A DNA stretch of 64,000 bases, from contig NC_134027.1 of the NCBI RefSeq assembly GCF_964204645.1, positions 21,290,560-21,354,559 on the forward strand, written 5' to 3'. This stretch comes from Tubulanus polymorphus (Eukaryota > Animalia > Nemertea). Position numbers and translations under genes: made by a program. Under the pieces are notes generated by a model. It saw only the letters and a list, made by a program, of their open reading frames with translations. It searched no databases and was not told the DNA's origin. Shown here piece by piece: positions 36,801 to 50,142 of this stretch (position 1 is its first letter; every line of letters starts with the position of its first letter).

Positions 36801-37157
36801 ATCGTTTCGGCGGATATCATGGTTTCCATCACCACAGAAGCTACTATCAGACTGATCGACGCGGAGGAAGTTATCCTTACAGAATACTGACGGCTCGATG
36901 AAGTGGTGTACTTGAAGGTGAAATGATACAGGTAAAGAGCTGTTGATGAACCATTGGCATTCAACACCACGCAATAACGAAGGATAATTCGGTGAAGTGA
37001 TGTATCCAGAGGTTGGATCGAGGGGGTACCACGTATTGTTACACGCTGACCTTACCGTCACAGCCGATTCTTCGATAGAGTCCGTCCGATCAGCGCGCGA
37101 GACGTTGTAATAGACGGCCAGCGACGCGATAAATAGCGCTGTCAGTCGCTTTTCCAT
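30824..37157 (-). CDS. GRL101: GRL101-like LRR/LDLa GPCR (type C2 LGR) with N-terminal CUB and C-type lectin domains; 3 exons, ~1948 aa
   Basis: Exons 37157-35943, 35524-34190 and 34120-30824 with phase-0 GT-AG introns (5847 nt). Signal peptide MEKRLTALFIASLAVYYNVSRA; CUB (SGYITSPNYP..CQWFI; IYDG..YGPYC); CTL (LNWDNAEKYC..HLLSINS..IGL|..WTDGKPLSYTEW); ~7 LDLa modules (CDGVIDCKDNSDEKGC etc.); LRRNT CPKQCKC plus ~7 LRRs; hinge FKFCC...DPFSSCSDLM; 7TM ending LPINSSLNPLLYT. Confidence 0.92.
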
Positions 37158-40156
37158 ACCGGAACAATGTCGATGTAAGGAAATGAAGAAACTGTTCAAG
37201 ACTCGCGTTCAATATCAAACTATCATCAAATTTGGGTTTCGTGTCCCCGCGCAGCATCAGTCTCATCCCAAATGACAAGAGAGATAATTCAACGACATTT
37301 CCACTCGACGGTTGAGTTGAGTTGAATAACATTATTAGCCGTAAGTGATCTCATACCTGATCATTACTTTTCGATTCATTAATCAGGGAAAGTAACGAGC
37401 TTCTCATGTTATCATTTTCAGTTTCATGTTTACACATCGTCATATCCACATCCAATTATATTTTCAGATATTTTATTTGTATCATATTCGTTTTTTTCTG
37501 GTATCGTTCATATGACATTTTAATGTTCGCAATATAGTGCCACGTGTACATCTGCGATAACCTACATCAACTATACCCCTACGGATGAGTATGCTTTACG
37601 GTCAGCTGGCTTCTTACGCATGGGTATGGCAAATGCAAATCATACCATGTAATTGCAATCAAAAATTGTATTTCGTTTCCGCCGGCGAAACCATTTTTTC
37701 AAATGTTGCATTTGAGGTCACGAGAGAATGGTATTACCTAGTGAACAATTGGGTTCGTAAATGATGAGAGATACTGTGATACGAAACTACGCATTTCATC
37801 GACACTCATCTTCGTATAACGGCCTGAATTGGTAACATTATAAGTTTGGCTTGTTAAATGAAGTTTTTCGCTATATTTTCTAAGCATTTTTTACTTTTAT
37901 AGATTCAACTAGCGAGTCTTCTTACTCCAACTACAGTTTTCGTAATTGATTTTAACATTTTCGACCATAAATTAAACAATGAGAGGTGATTTGAAATCTA
38001 TAAATGCTGAATTTCAATATAAGCGCTGGTCAGTTATGTTAGAAAACTGACTCCTGAATAGCATAACACAAAACACTCAAATAAGATGCGACCCATTTCC
38101 CCAAACAAAGTCTTCATGGTCTTCATGCAGACAAAATTTAGTTTTGAGTGATTCGATTAGTGAATAATAAGATAATACTGCATTTGAAATATATTTTGCA
38201 CATGAATTATGAATAGTTTTTTCATATGTTCATATACGTATACTGAAAATCCGCTGCTGCGGTAGGATGCAAATAATTCCTAATATTACTTATAGCGACA
38301 ACACATTGATTTGGGAACGAGCGTCAATTTACAGTGAATGGTTGACGTTTTATTAAACTAAGACACCCAATATGGATTGCACGCGGAAAACTAGATTTAC
38401 TCAATTCGCTAGTGCTTTATTTTACTAAATTTCAAATTCATGCAAAAGATAGCTTGTTTCTCCTCAGTTTCATTTTCCGCGCGCGCCAAATAAAGTTCTT
38501 CGATAAAAAGTAAAAATGAAAATTTGCATCCCGAAATACAGAAATCCGTTTTCGTTTCTTTGAAAAAAGTAGAACACTCCCGCAATCCCGATAAACAACC
38601 TGATTACACTTTTTTATGTTTTTATCCCACGGTCGATACGCAATTGTTACTCTGACAGTTTCGGTATCGAGGTGCTCTAAATCCCGATTCACGAATGTAC
38701 GGTTGTGGACGACTAAATTTCCCCATTTGAAAATAAGAAATAGTCGCCTTCGTCACCTTTGAAATTTGAAATTAGCCTTTTTATTTTTCTCTTTTTTATA
38801 AAAAAGGGAGGTAAAAATAAATACCTGCCACTCTCGTCACTTTTTCAAAAATGGGCTGATAATTAGGCCGTATTTATATTTTTGTAAAGGATACGGACGT
38901 TCGCTACATTTCTTATTGATAGCCGGGAAAGTTTTATCTGCAGTGTCGAATATCTTATAATGGTCAGTGCTTGTATAGGTATGCATTCATCCGTCTCATC
39001 GAATGCTAGCGCAATGTGTAATGTATTAGGAAAATTTTTACTTGCAATTTTAGTGATTCTGGGCAATATTAATGAAGCAAGCTAGCCTTATTCAACAAGT
39101 CTTTGATTACGGTTCCTCTTTTATTTAAATGTGTTCCAGTAATTAATATTTACTTCGTCTAGTGGTGATTGATAAATTCAACAGTAAGATAAAAACCCAC
39201 TATGTACAAATTAAAAGAATTTCAAATCGAGTATTCATTTATTCAAAACCTGACGATGATCTCCAGGACCCAGTTCCACAGTTGTGAGTTAGAATTAACG
39301 CTCAGTTTAAGTTAGTTCATTTTCAATCTATTTGTAGTAACTTGTTTTATACCCGATGTCCCGAAAATGTTCGTAATCAATAAACTTATTTCCTCATCTG
39401 AAAATAAGATTCAGAGTAGAGTTAATATATTGTAATATCATTACTGGGACTGAAATAGTATTAACGACCAAATGATGTCCACAAGATGACTTCTTGAGTA
39501 TATTCTTTAAAGCAGTCCGTAATTTGTTAAACATCATTTCATCATCAACTAAATTCACATTACATTATTATACATTCAGACTCAATTTAAACCCACACCT
39601 CTCACAGCCCTTTATCCATCCTCTGAATTCCACCCACAAAGTATCATTATCACCCTCTTCAATAGCGTTTAGTCTGCTGAAACCTTTTAACTGCCATCAT
39701 TGGTCGACGTAATGCAGTAATGAGCCCAACAGTATCAGTGATTCACGTGTTCATTGGAGAAACGGCTTGAAATATTTTTCGTCCTGAGAACGGGGTGGCC
39801 GCTGAGCTGGAAAACCTAGAAAAACTCAGACAATTTGACACATTTTACCAAAAACCTGGGAAAATTCGGGGAATTCAGATGATATAATTGACCAAACGTT
39901 TCTTAATCAATTTTTGAATCAATAGAAAATGAATGAATTTTAAACCTCGAAATTTCGTGGGGACGATGTGTTAAATCACATGGAAAACTCAGGGGATTTG
40001 TAAAATGGTCGGAAAGTGGGTCCAACTTGAAGAAAATTTTCTTAGTCCCTTGATATGATATGATATTTATTTCAATCGTATATAAATGTTACAAATATCA
40101 TCATTTTATGGTGGCTGATTAGGGCAATAGCGTAAAATTCCTGGTATGTAAATTAG

Positions 40157-40372
40157 GGCGCCAGAACGCCAGAACGCCAAACCGAAAAATACGTCCAATT
40201 TTCTCTGAAAGTTCGTTTTGGCGCGCCAAAACAAAGAATATTCCGTTTTGGCGCCCCCGCCAAAACAACGAAAAACGTCCAATTTTCTCTGAAAGTTCGT
40301 TTTGGCGCGCCAAAACGAAGAAAATTCCGTTTTGGCGCCCCCGCCAAAACGAACTTTCGTTTTGGCGCCCAC
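40157..40372. repeat. Short tandem array of ~73-bp units built from GCGCCAAAAC / GTTTTGGCGC palindromic motifs (likely a TE subterminal region)
   Basis: AAAACGTCCAATTTTCTCTGAAAGTTCGTTTTGGCGCGCCAAAAC...TTCCGTTTTGGCGCCCCCGCCAAAAC occurs twice, plus a partial copy. Confidence 0.75.
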
Positions 40373-41314
40373 CATTCAGTCGTCGTTCTTTATAAGGACT
40401 TCCTTATTAGGCAGCAGTTTAATAGGCGTTACATAAGTATTCATCACCATTGCATCGGTTATAATTGCAGCTTATACTCGAGTGTGATCGATGCCTCGTA
40501 GCGAAACTCTACAATACCATATACAATACTCTATTCTTTTTTTTTGCACTAAACATCGCGGCGCGTTGTGCCTTCATCGCTGTTGGGCAAAAGATGATGA
40601 CTAAATTCAACCAATACAGTTAAGATGATAAAAAGACTATCCTGTTCGATCGTGAAGATATATGAACGACTATATGTTTGAACTAACCATGAATCAAATA
40701 ACCGGGTTCATATTTTACTCCTTGATTGCTTAAAAACTCCTCTAGATTGAAGAAATAATTTCTGGATTCCCGGCGGGGAACTGTACGACTACATCAGCGG
40801 CAAGAAAGTGCTCGACGAGACGGACGCGCGCAAGCTTTACCGGCAGATCGTCTCGGCCGTTCATCACTGTCACAAAGCTGGCATCGTTCACCGCGATTTG
40901 AAACTCGAAAATATCGTCCTCGACGAGAATAACAACGCGAAGGTAGAGATTTGATTTTCAGTGACTTAGATGCCTGCATATCGCTACACTCAGCCACGGC
41001 CCTCTGCCACACTAGATCGGGTGAACAGGTGCATGCCCAGGTTTGCCACACAAAATCAGGCACCTGTTTCATAATTCGCGAGGCAAATTTCGTGGATGAA
41101 CTATAAATGGAAAAACCCCAGGCTAAAATAAAATAGGATTACTGATTGGCTTATGATGGCATCCCTGTTTCGCTCGCGGCAGGTATGGCGGGTTTGTGAG
41201 GGACACCAAATCAAGACAAATCAAACGAAATCGACCAATCAAATAAATAACAGGGTAAATCCCTATTTCAAGATAAAAAGAATAATGGCATCATCTTAGT
41301 TGGACATGTACCTG

Positions 41315-41400
41315 CGCACGGGGGATAGTGAGGCAGGGGTTAGTGCCGTGGCTGAGTGTAGCGATGCCATCAGGTTCGAATCCCAGCCGGGGGAGGATGT
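41315..41400 (+). mobile_element. tRNA-like repeat copy, with an inverted partial copy at 40979-41040
   Basis: B-box GGTTCGAATCCC at ~41373. GCCGTGGCTGAGTGTAGCGA is the reverse complement of TCGCTACACTCAGCCACGGC at 40981. Confidence 0.65.
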
Positions 41401-42051
41401 CGCGCAGCCTTTTTGTTACGGACATTGTAATGAAGTATGTCAGGGCTTGGCTGAATAGACCTGGACAAACTCACGGACTTAATGAAAATCTAGAAAAGGG
41501 AATTTGAGAGATTTTGCAAAAAACCTGGAAAAATCGCGGAATTTGGATGTGCAATTGACACGAAAAATTAATAGATTGTTACATTGTAAACACCAAGAAA
41601 TTTCTCCACTCACCTGCCACAGAATTACTCGGGGAATTCTGTGTCATGACATGGAAAAATCAGGGAATTCGTAAATGGGCGCCAAGTGGTCACCCAGTTG
41701 AACATAAATGAATTGAGCTGTTCTTCATTTGCTTTGATACTTGCTTTTCCTATAGAACTTATGTTTGTGTAACCCGTTCAGTGGAGGTTTCCGCTAATTT
41801 AATTCTCACTTAATTCGTCCGTAGAAGTCGCGTACAGCTATTTCAATTTACTGAATATATGTTCGCAAATCGGAGTAAATTGTCTCGAATTGATATTCAA
41901 CACGCTGTCAACAATTTCATAGTTTCATCTCTAACAAATAACGAATGAATTATACTTCATTTGGAACGTGAATGTGTCCATTCATTTGCAAACTAAACCG
42001 ATGATATGAGTCGAGAGTCAGTCGGTCGGAACGCGAGATGTTGAAACCATC

Positions 42052-43014
42052 ATGAATACTGCCGACGTAACGCCGATTTTCGTTATCAGGCCTTACAACT
42101 ACACCCTTTTTTTTGCATTGAATAACAGATCGGTCGTCTACCGCACGACATTATTGGTCGTCCTGACGATCGTGTTCCTGTTGGGAGCATTCGGCAATTC
42201 GGCGACCTTCCTGATCATGATCAGCCGGCGATTCCGGCGTTTATCGTACGCCAACTATCTGATCGCGTTGTCGGTGAGTGATTTCGTCGTCTGTCTCAAT
42301 GCTACGCTGATGCCCGTTTTACAGTTCGCGATCGTGCGTCTGAGCGACGCGCGTTATTTCGTGATCAACTCGCCGATCGGTTGCGGGATCAACGAGTTTT
42401 TCATGGCGTCGATGAGCGCGTGCAGTTCGTGGTTGTTGGTAGCGATATCGCTAGAACGCGCGGCGGTCGTGCTCTTCCCGTTCGCGTCGCGTCTGCTATG
42501 CACGCCGCGTTTCGCCCGATGCGCCGTCGTTTGTATTTTCGTATTCAACGCGTTTGCTATCGGCGGTTACCCGGGATTGACGGTGAAGTTTTCCGACCAT
42601 TTTTTCGGATGTTACTACCAGATCTACGACGAATCGGTATATTATATATCGTACGTCGTGTACGTTTACATCGTACCGTTAGTTTTGATAATGACGTCGA
42701 ATTCGGTTATAATCGTTCGGTTATTCACCGGTTCGAAAATGGTCGCGTGCGATCGCAAAACGACGAAATCGAAACGCACGACGGTGATGCTCGTGACGGT
42801 TTCGATCGCGTTTGCGATATTCATATTTCCGTCGTCTTTCGCAGCGTTTCTGCCGAATTCGACGGAGAATCTGGAGTTCATTTTCGACATGTTTACTCAT
42901 TTCCTGATGTTTAACTATGTCGTGAATTTCTACGTGTATCTTTTGCTGGGACGAGAAATTCGCGAATATTTCTGCTCGAAAATAAGCTGTAGAAATTCAG
43001 TGAAAAACGAGTAG
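42052..43014 (+). CDS. Intronless class A GPCR (same subfamily as 14204-15118), 320 aa, nested in the intron of the NUAK fragment
   Basis: Intact ORF with GAFGN, LSVSD, SSWLLVAISLER, IVPLVLI, IFP and NYVVNFYVY; N-terminal NYT and NRS sequons. Confidence 0.9.
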   Translation: MNTADVTPIFVIRPYNYTLFFALNNRSVVYRTTLLVVLTIVFLLGAFGNSATFLIMISRRFRRLSYANYLIALSVSDFVVCLNATLMPVLQFAIVRLSDARYFVINSPIGCGINEFFMASMSACSSWLLVAISLERAAVVLFPFASRLLCTPRFARCAVVCIFVFNAFAIGGYPGLTVKFSDHFFGCYYQIYDESVYYISYVVYVYIVPLVLIMTSNSVIIVRLFTGSKMVACDRKTTKSKRTTVMLVTVSIAFAIFIFPSSFAAFLPNSTENLEFIFDMFTHFLMFNYVVNFYVYLLLGREIREYFCSKISCRNSVKNE

Positions 43015-43066
43015 CCATTGATTTAAAGTTTCAAGTTTTAACTTATTACCTCTATGTAACTCTAAT

Positions 43067-43334
43067 CAGGGGTGGATCCAGAGGCCGATTTTGATTGTTT
43101 TGGCACATCCCAAAAGGGCACTTTGATGTCCAGAAAGGCAAAATTTTGTATACTCCCGCACTGAGGGGCCAGGTTTGAAGAATTTTTTACATCCCAAAAA
43201 GGCATTTTGATATCCATGAAGTATTCCTGGACTGATATGCACCAAGTATCTTTGTAGAGAAAATAAAAAAGGGCACTTAAAAAGATATTGTTGGACTTGT
43301 ACAAGTCTCGTCAGTCCCCCTGGCTCCACCCCTG
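43067..43334. mobile_element. MITE with CAGGGGTGGA termini and CTAAT flanking duplication
   Basis: CTAAT|CAGGGGTGGATCCA ... TGGCTCCACCCCTG|CTAAT; a similar element lies at ~52223-52518. Confidence 0.7.
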
Positions 43335-44136
43335 CTAATAGTTTATAAAGTTTCTATTTATAATTCATATATGTATAATGTTCACGTTGAACAATGATAA
43401 TTGAAATAATTGAATGAATTATGGAATTTGGTTTTCCGTGGACTGGTTACGCTGTCATCAATCATGGTTACACCAGTAAATTGAATACACAATACAAACT
43501 TATTCATATTCTTCCATACCTAATTTTATCTAATTCTTCCTATGATATCGTTGAATTGCCCTCTACTGGTTGACCTTATTCCATAAACTCATCCAGTAAA
43601 CATGGATGAAAATCTAAAAGAAATATGTGACGATAAAATTGAAAAACTAATGTATGTTTCCCTGAACGATAGATAAGCCTCAGCACTGACTCAAAATTTT
43701 GGAACATATACTTGTTACAATGATTTTTATGTAAATTGATGGCTGCTATGTGTGGTTTAAGGGCTTCTGTGTGAGTCGATGTGTACTGCTGGCATTTCAA
43801 AATAACAATTATATACAATTGTGAATTTTGGAATTCATTTTATATGAATATTTTCTTATTGAATAATTTTCCTAATCTTTTTGATTACGAATTCTGAATG
43901 GATGTGCACTATGTCATCAATATCGGGGCTCTACGGAATCAACAGTCGACTTGATGTGGTTGTTGTTGTACTTTCAGATAGCTGATTTCGGTTTATCGAA
44001 TGAATTCAACGATAAAGACATGTTGAAAACGTACTGCGGGAGTCCTCTTTGCGCTTCGCCCGAGAGTCAACGGACTGCCGTACAACGGACCGGAGGTACG
44101 CTGGTGTAATCAAAATTAACGGTCGAAACGTGTATC

Positions 44137-44420
44137 CCTTTTCAGTGCTGACTAATTGATACCCGAAAGTGCTGGAGATAATTTGAAAATATTAAAACGT
44201 TCCAACCCAGTGTGTTAAATAACGGGCATACCGCTTAGTGGGTCTTCACCACAGCGCGGTGTATCATCAGTTACTAAAATTTCACAATTTTTGACGGTGC
44301 TGCCATCTTTCAGAGATAGTATAATGTATCTACACCGTGGTACGGTGTATCGTTAGTTACTTATATCTAACTATGTTTGACAGGTGATGCCATTTTATAA
44401 TTGAGAATAACTAAGTACTT
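44137..44420 (-). mobile_element. Degenerate, reversed copy of the piggyBac MITE at 11579-11870
   Basis: CCCTTTTCAGTGCTGACTAATT...GATAATTTGAAAAT...GGTGCTGCCATCTTTCA matches the reverse complement of the 11579-11870 element. Confidence 0.7.
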
Positions 44421-45908
44421 ATAGCATCACTGTATAAAGAGGTTTCCAGTTTCTAGGCGCCATTTTGTGGCGGTCCCTTAAGGTCCCCATTGTTGCGATG
44501 ATTTGCGCTCATTTTTAAAACATAAGTTTAGATTGATATCATATAGTTCTGCATTTTAAAGGAAATGAAATGCAGAGATTTGCTGGCGTTTCTTGGAATT
44601 TTTGAACGCAACAATTGAGAATAGTGACGATGTGAAACCAAGGACCGCATATCTTAACCGTGCGTAAAAGAAATCGCAATTTTTATAAATTTTGGAATAT
44701 CTAAGTATCTCTTGAAGCTATATTTCCTTTTTTTCACAGAGGTTAAAGAGGGTTATTTGCAGTTTAAGCCTGCGTTAAAATCTTTTGATTATCTTTCCTG
44801 ACGACTGATCTGTACCCGCTTGAGTTTGAGATTACGCACAAAAGGGGTCTCCCACTACGCACCGATAGTTAAGATATATGTACGGAAACTGGCGTTCAGG
44901 GCCAGTGTTCCTATCAGGCAACCTGTGTCGTTGGAAGCGTCATACATAAACAATGATAGAGGTAATGTATAAACATGTCTGGATGTGATGTATGTGTCCA
45001 CGTGGGAATAGCACGGCCGTGAGCTCCGACGTGTGCAAAAGATATTTTTAGGTTATTGTGACGTATGTAGGTACGTCAACACTCCATACATGGGTTGGAG
45101 GAATGTTGTGACGTATGAATGATGCGTGGAAGAGGGCCTGCACACGTTACTAAACTATAAGCGATATGAAAAGGGAGGATTTCTAGTTCAGGAGGCTTTA
45201 GAGAAAAGAAGGAGGTTTTAGAGAGAAAAGGGCTCGAGGGAGAAAGATTTTACACATCTGATTAAGAGAGAATAAACACGAATAGATAATTTCTTCAGAA
45301 GTCGTTTGGGTTGTTCTGCACCGATACCAACAATACAAGTAAGAATATTTGCCAACAATGCACACAAATACTGGCGGACATTCAGAAACCATAACAGTTG
45401 ATGGAGAACAATAGCATTTTGTGGGAAACACCAGAACAACAGAATCAATTTTAGCTCAAGTCCAACCAGAAACGTGGTATGCATGCAACCGCTTACTTAA
45501 GAATTACACATTCTTAAGTTTCATATTCCCCGGAGTTCTGGAGGTGAGATGGTGGAAATAGATATTTTTTTCGTTGGAATGAAATGGTCTTTTCGTTCGA
45601 ACGAAATGTTTTGCGAGGCCGCGAAGAGTGCATTTCGTGGCCGCAAAAATATTTCGTTCGAACGAAAAGATTATTTTGTTTTCCACCGATACAAAACATC
45701 ACCATGTCGCCTCCGTAATATATCGATTTGAAACTACGAGGTTACGAGGTGGGGAGTTAGAAATAGAAATATACCTCTTGTCATTGCCTCGTTTCTTTTG
45801 AACCTGGAAAAAAATGTCCAGAGATGCGAATACCGGTAAGCTACGTATCAGGTATAGACACAGGTAAAAAGTGTACTATTTTTGAAATATTGAGAATTTG
45901 TGTCATAC

Positions 45909-47101
<1,193 letters not shown>

Positions 47102-47300
47102 CTGAACCTTTTAAATTAAGAACTAAATGTATTTCATATCGCTTTACACTAAAAATGTTGCTGGGATTTTACTAATTAGGTTTCAATAACACACTCGACG
47201 ACAGCATGGTGCCATTAACGGCATCACCCATATCTCGTAGATATCATTAAATAACTTCGTAAAAGGTTCACATTTCTCCAGCGTCATCGCGGCTAGAGCA

Positions 47301-48319
47301 ATGTTCGATAACAACATTACTAGCACAAGTGTCGCATTAGCAACGTCTCGACTCAGCCTGTGCCAGATTTATAAATCTCATCCAATCAAATGGAATAATA
47401 GGTTCAATGTTCTTATATATTTAGGCTGGTATCTACCCGCGTCCGTACTGGGTATAATATTCAACGCGTTCACGTTGGTAGTTCTGAGGGAATTTAAATC
47501 CGATAATTATTTCCTCATCAAAATCCTTGCGGTAAACGATCTTTCATTCATGGTCGCTACGTTCATTCTCTATCCACTGAAAACTGCGTACATATACGCA
47601 GTTTTGGGAGATATCTTGTTTCGTGTTAATGACTGGCAGTTTGGATGGATTTTTATCACATTTGCCTTGCCATTTTTCTACATGTTTCAGATGACACGCA
47701 ACTGGTGCGCTGTACTGCTCAGCCTTGAGCGGCTAATCGTTGTATTACTTCCAATCACATCTCGCAACTTCCGCAAAAAGTTATTATCACTATGGACAAT
47801 GGTAACAATTTCATTGTTAGGTTTCTTTGGACATTTCATTCACTTTCTACCATCCCACAAATTACTATTTACGGACTGTCCCATCCAATGGCCATATATT
47901 TTTCGGCGGGCTAAACCCTATGGATTCTGGTATGAGTCACTATCCCAATTTGCCTGTTGGTTGTCATTGACGCTATTCTTATTTCGGCAACATTTTTCCG
48001 CCGGGCTATTCGACGTTCAGAACTCGGCGTAACTGATGAATCGTCTAGGATCGAAATGAGGGTGCTTAGAATGGTTTTATCAGTGGTTACGCTGTTCATC
48101 ATTTGCGAAGGTTTAGGCTTTATCGATCGTCTAATGGGTTCAAAATACGTCCCACAGTTCGTGGGTATGAGACTGGTAGCGTTGGGATTTTCTATCATTG
48201 ATTCATCCGCAAACTTTATCGTGTACTGTGTAACAAATGGGAAATTCAGAAAAGTAGCTATTGATATCATAGGCATCGTCTACTTTCATAATCAAACTAA
48301 AAGCGGACCAATCAAATAA
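47301..48319 (+). pseudogene. Intronless class A GPCR (FMRFamide-receptor-like) with a single 1-nt frameshift; recent pseudogene or sequencing error
   Basis: Frame 1 gives TM1-4 (GIIFN, LAVND, NWCAVLLSLER). Frame 2 gives TM5-7 (VTIPICLLVVID, LFIICE, DSSANFIVY...KFR). Adding one G at ~47936 (TAT GA[G] GTC) yields a 339-aa ORF. Confidence 0.8.
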
Positions 48320-50142
48320 CCAGCATTTTGATTAGAAAATGTACACATATCACCATAAACCCTTCAATGTCTTATTATCTTATCTGATGATTTCAATGAA
48401 TTTTTCATCTAAAGATATCAGCAATACAACGATGCAACATCGCGTCTTTTCAATCGTTGAAACCGACTCCTCGAGACCCGATGTTTATTGTCGTTAGCAG
48501 GCGAAATAAAACATACGCAAGTATAATACAACATAGAAAAATGTCACGTAGTTACACGATCTCAGAATATGTGACTAGAAGTAAATATAAATCGTATTAC
48601 AGTAGGGGCCTCATCCACAATATTATCAACGGGGCCCGTACATATTAACAACAAATGGAAACACTGTCACGGTGCTAAGATCCGGAGTTCCAACTACGTA
48701 CTTCGATTAAAACAAAATATTTGTAATTTCGACCGCCGATCACACGACTATATCTGTAATTTGGTCAAGCCCCCTGTTTCGCTCCCGGCAGATGTGGTGG
48801 GTTTGTAAGGAAAAAAAAAGAAAATCGAAACAAATCAAACGAAATCTACCGAAAAAATAGATGACAGGGTCCAGAGAAAAAGAGATCCATTTCTGGATTG
48901 TGAAACTGGAACAAAATGTGTAGAATGATTTTCACTTCACTATTCTCTATTGTGGTATAAGCTTCGTCCCTGGCGGCAGGCTAGTTCTGGTTCCAGCAAA
49001 CTGCTGCAGATCTAATTAAAAAGCCCTACATCGTTGCAACGATGGGGGATATTAAGGATATCTTATTAATTGTTTTTATTCGCACAAGTTCCACAGTGAT
49101 CCCAAAGATAGGTCGTTAGGATGACCGTTAAGTTTCTGCACAATGTAATGGCTCTATTTTACAAGTTGATAACCTGTCTGTAGGCTTGAATTCACGAGGA
49201 AGCGCCTGCGAACACTTCCGTCCTCACACCAATCATATTGAAAGTATATCTTAAAAACAACGTACTGGAATTTTAGATCAGGAGTTTAACGTCGCTAGTT
49301 CCAGTGCCAAAGCTCTATCATTTTGTGTGAATATTTTGTGTGAGTTTTGTGTGAACTCGTCCTTATCTCCTAATTAGCATAAAATATATACTACCCATCG
49401 AGACGGATGGAGTGGATCTTGGCGTGATTGTTCTGTGCGAAATATTTTGCAGTTGATATAGCATTGCAGTCAAGATTCATACACACAACACGCGCTTTGT
49501 AATTAGAAAAGCCTCGTGTTTTCAAGTACCACCAAACGTTTATGAAATAATTTTATAACAAGCTATTGACCCGAACTCAAGTTTTAATTTGCATTTATGA
49601 GATTTTATTCACGTACGTTACAAACCACTGTGCATATAATTTCGGCCTTGGTGTAGGTCCACTCGACCCAAATATTCACAGAAAACCGGCCCGAATTATT
49701 TCATTATGTTAAGGTACATCGCGAGAGTAAGGATGCATTTTTCATCGCTTTCTGAAGTAGTTATCATGTAAGTGATATCACAATATTTTCAAAGTAATAT
49801 CTCTAAAATCGGTTATCGGTATATGAATGATTATGATATCGCCTACCGAATACTCTCCTCTATTTCAGATCGGGTAAGACACGCTAGCCGTCTACGTACG
49901 TCAGATTACATTCCAATTTTTTACCTTCGTCAATATATGACTAACGTAGACTAGGCCTTAACACTTTCGATAAATTCAGAATGATTTTCGACAGAAATTA
50001 TCACCTTTAACCGCTAAAATCTCTCGTTTTACTGATCATAAATTCCATGGAAATTATTCACGCTTATTATTAACTATTACATTTTACTAAATTCAACCTC
50101 ACTTGCCAGAGTATGTATCTGTCGATATATTTCATTCGATGC

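Larger units (their letters stand above)
40769..44095 (+). pseudogene. NUAK1: Two-exon fragment of a NUAK / AMPK-related Ser/Thr kinase, disabled
   Basis: 40769-40942 encodes [58 protein letters not shown]|GT. AG|43978-44095 encodes IADFGLSNEFNDKDMLKTYCGSPLCASPE, then a 2-nt frameshift, then VNGLPYNGPE|GT. The first exon is 5'-truncated (in-frame TGA at 40748) and no other kinase exons were seen. Confidence 0.85.

Noticed and set aside
38863-39066. Possible hAT transposase fragment (IALAFDETD)
   Set aside because: A single short motif with no further support.
42354-42914. 177-aa alternative-frame ORF and antisense ORFs within the GPCR
   Set aside because: Explained by CpG-rich, stop-poor composition; no recognisable motifs.
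45198-45431. Possible additional Ig exon (SPSTVMVSE..FVC..WYR)
   Set aside because: The resemblance is weak, splice sites are unclear, and it lies downstream of the putative TM exon.
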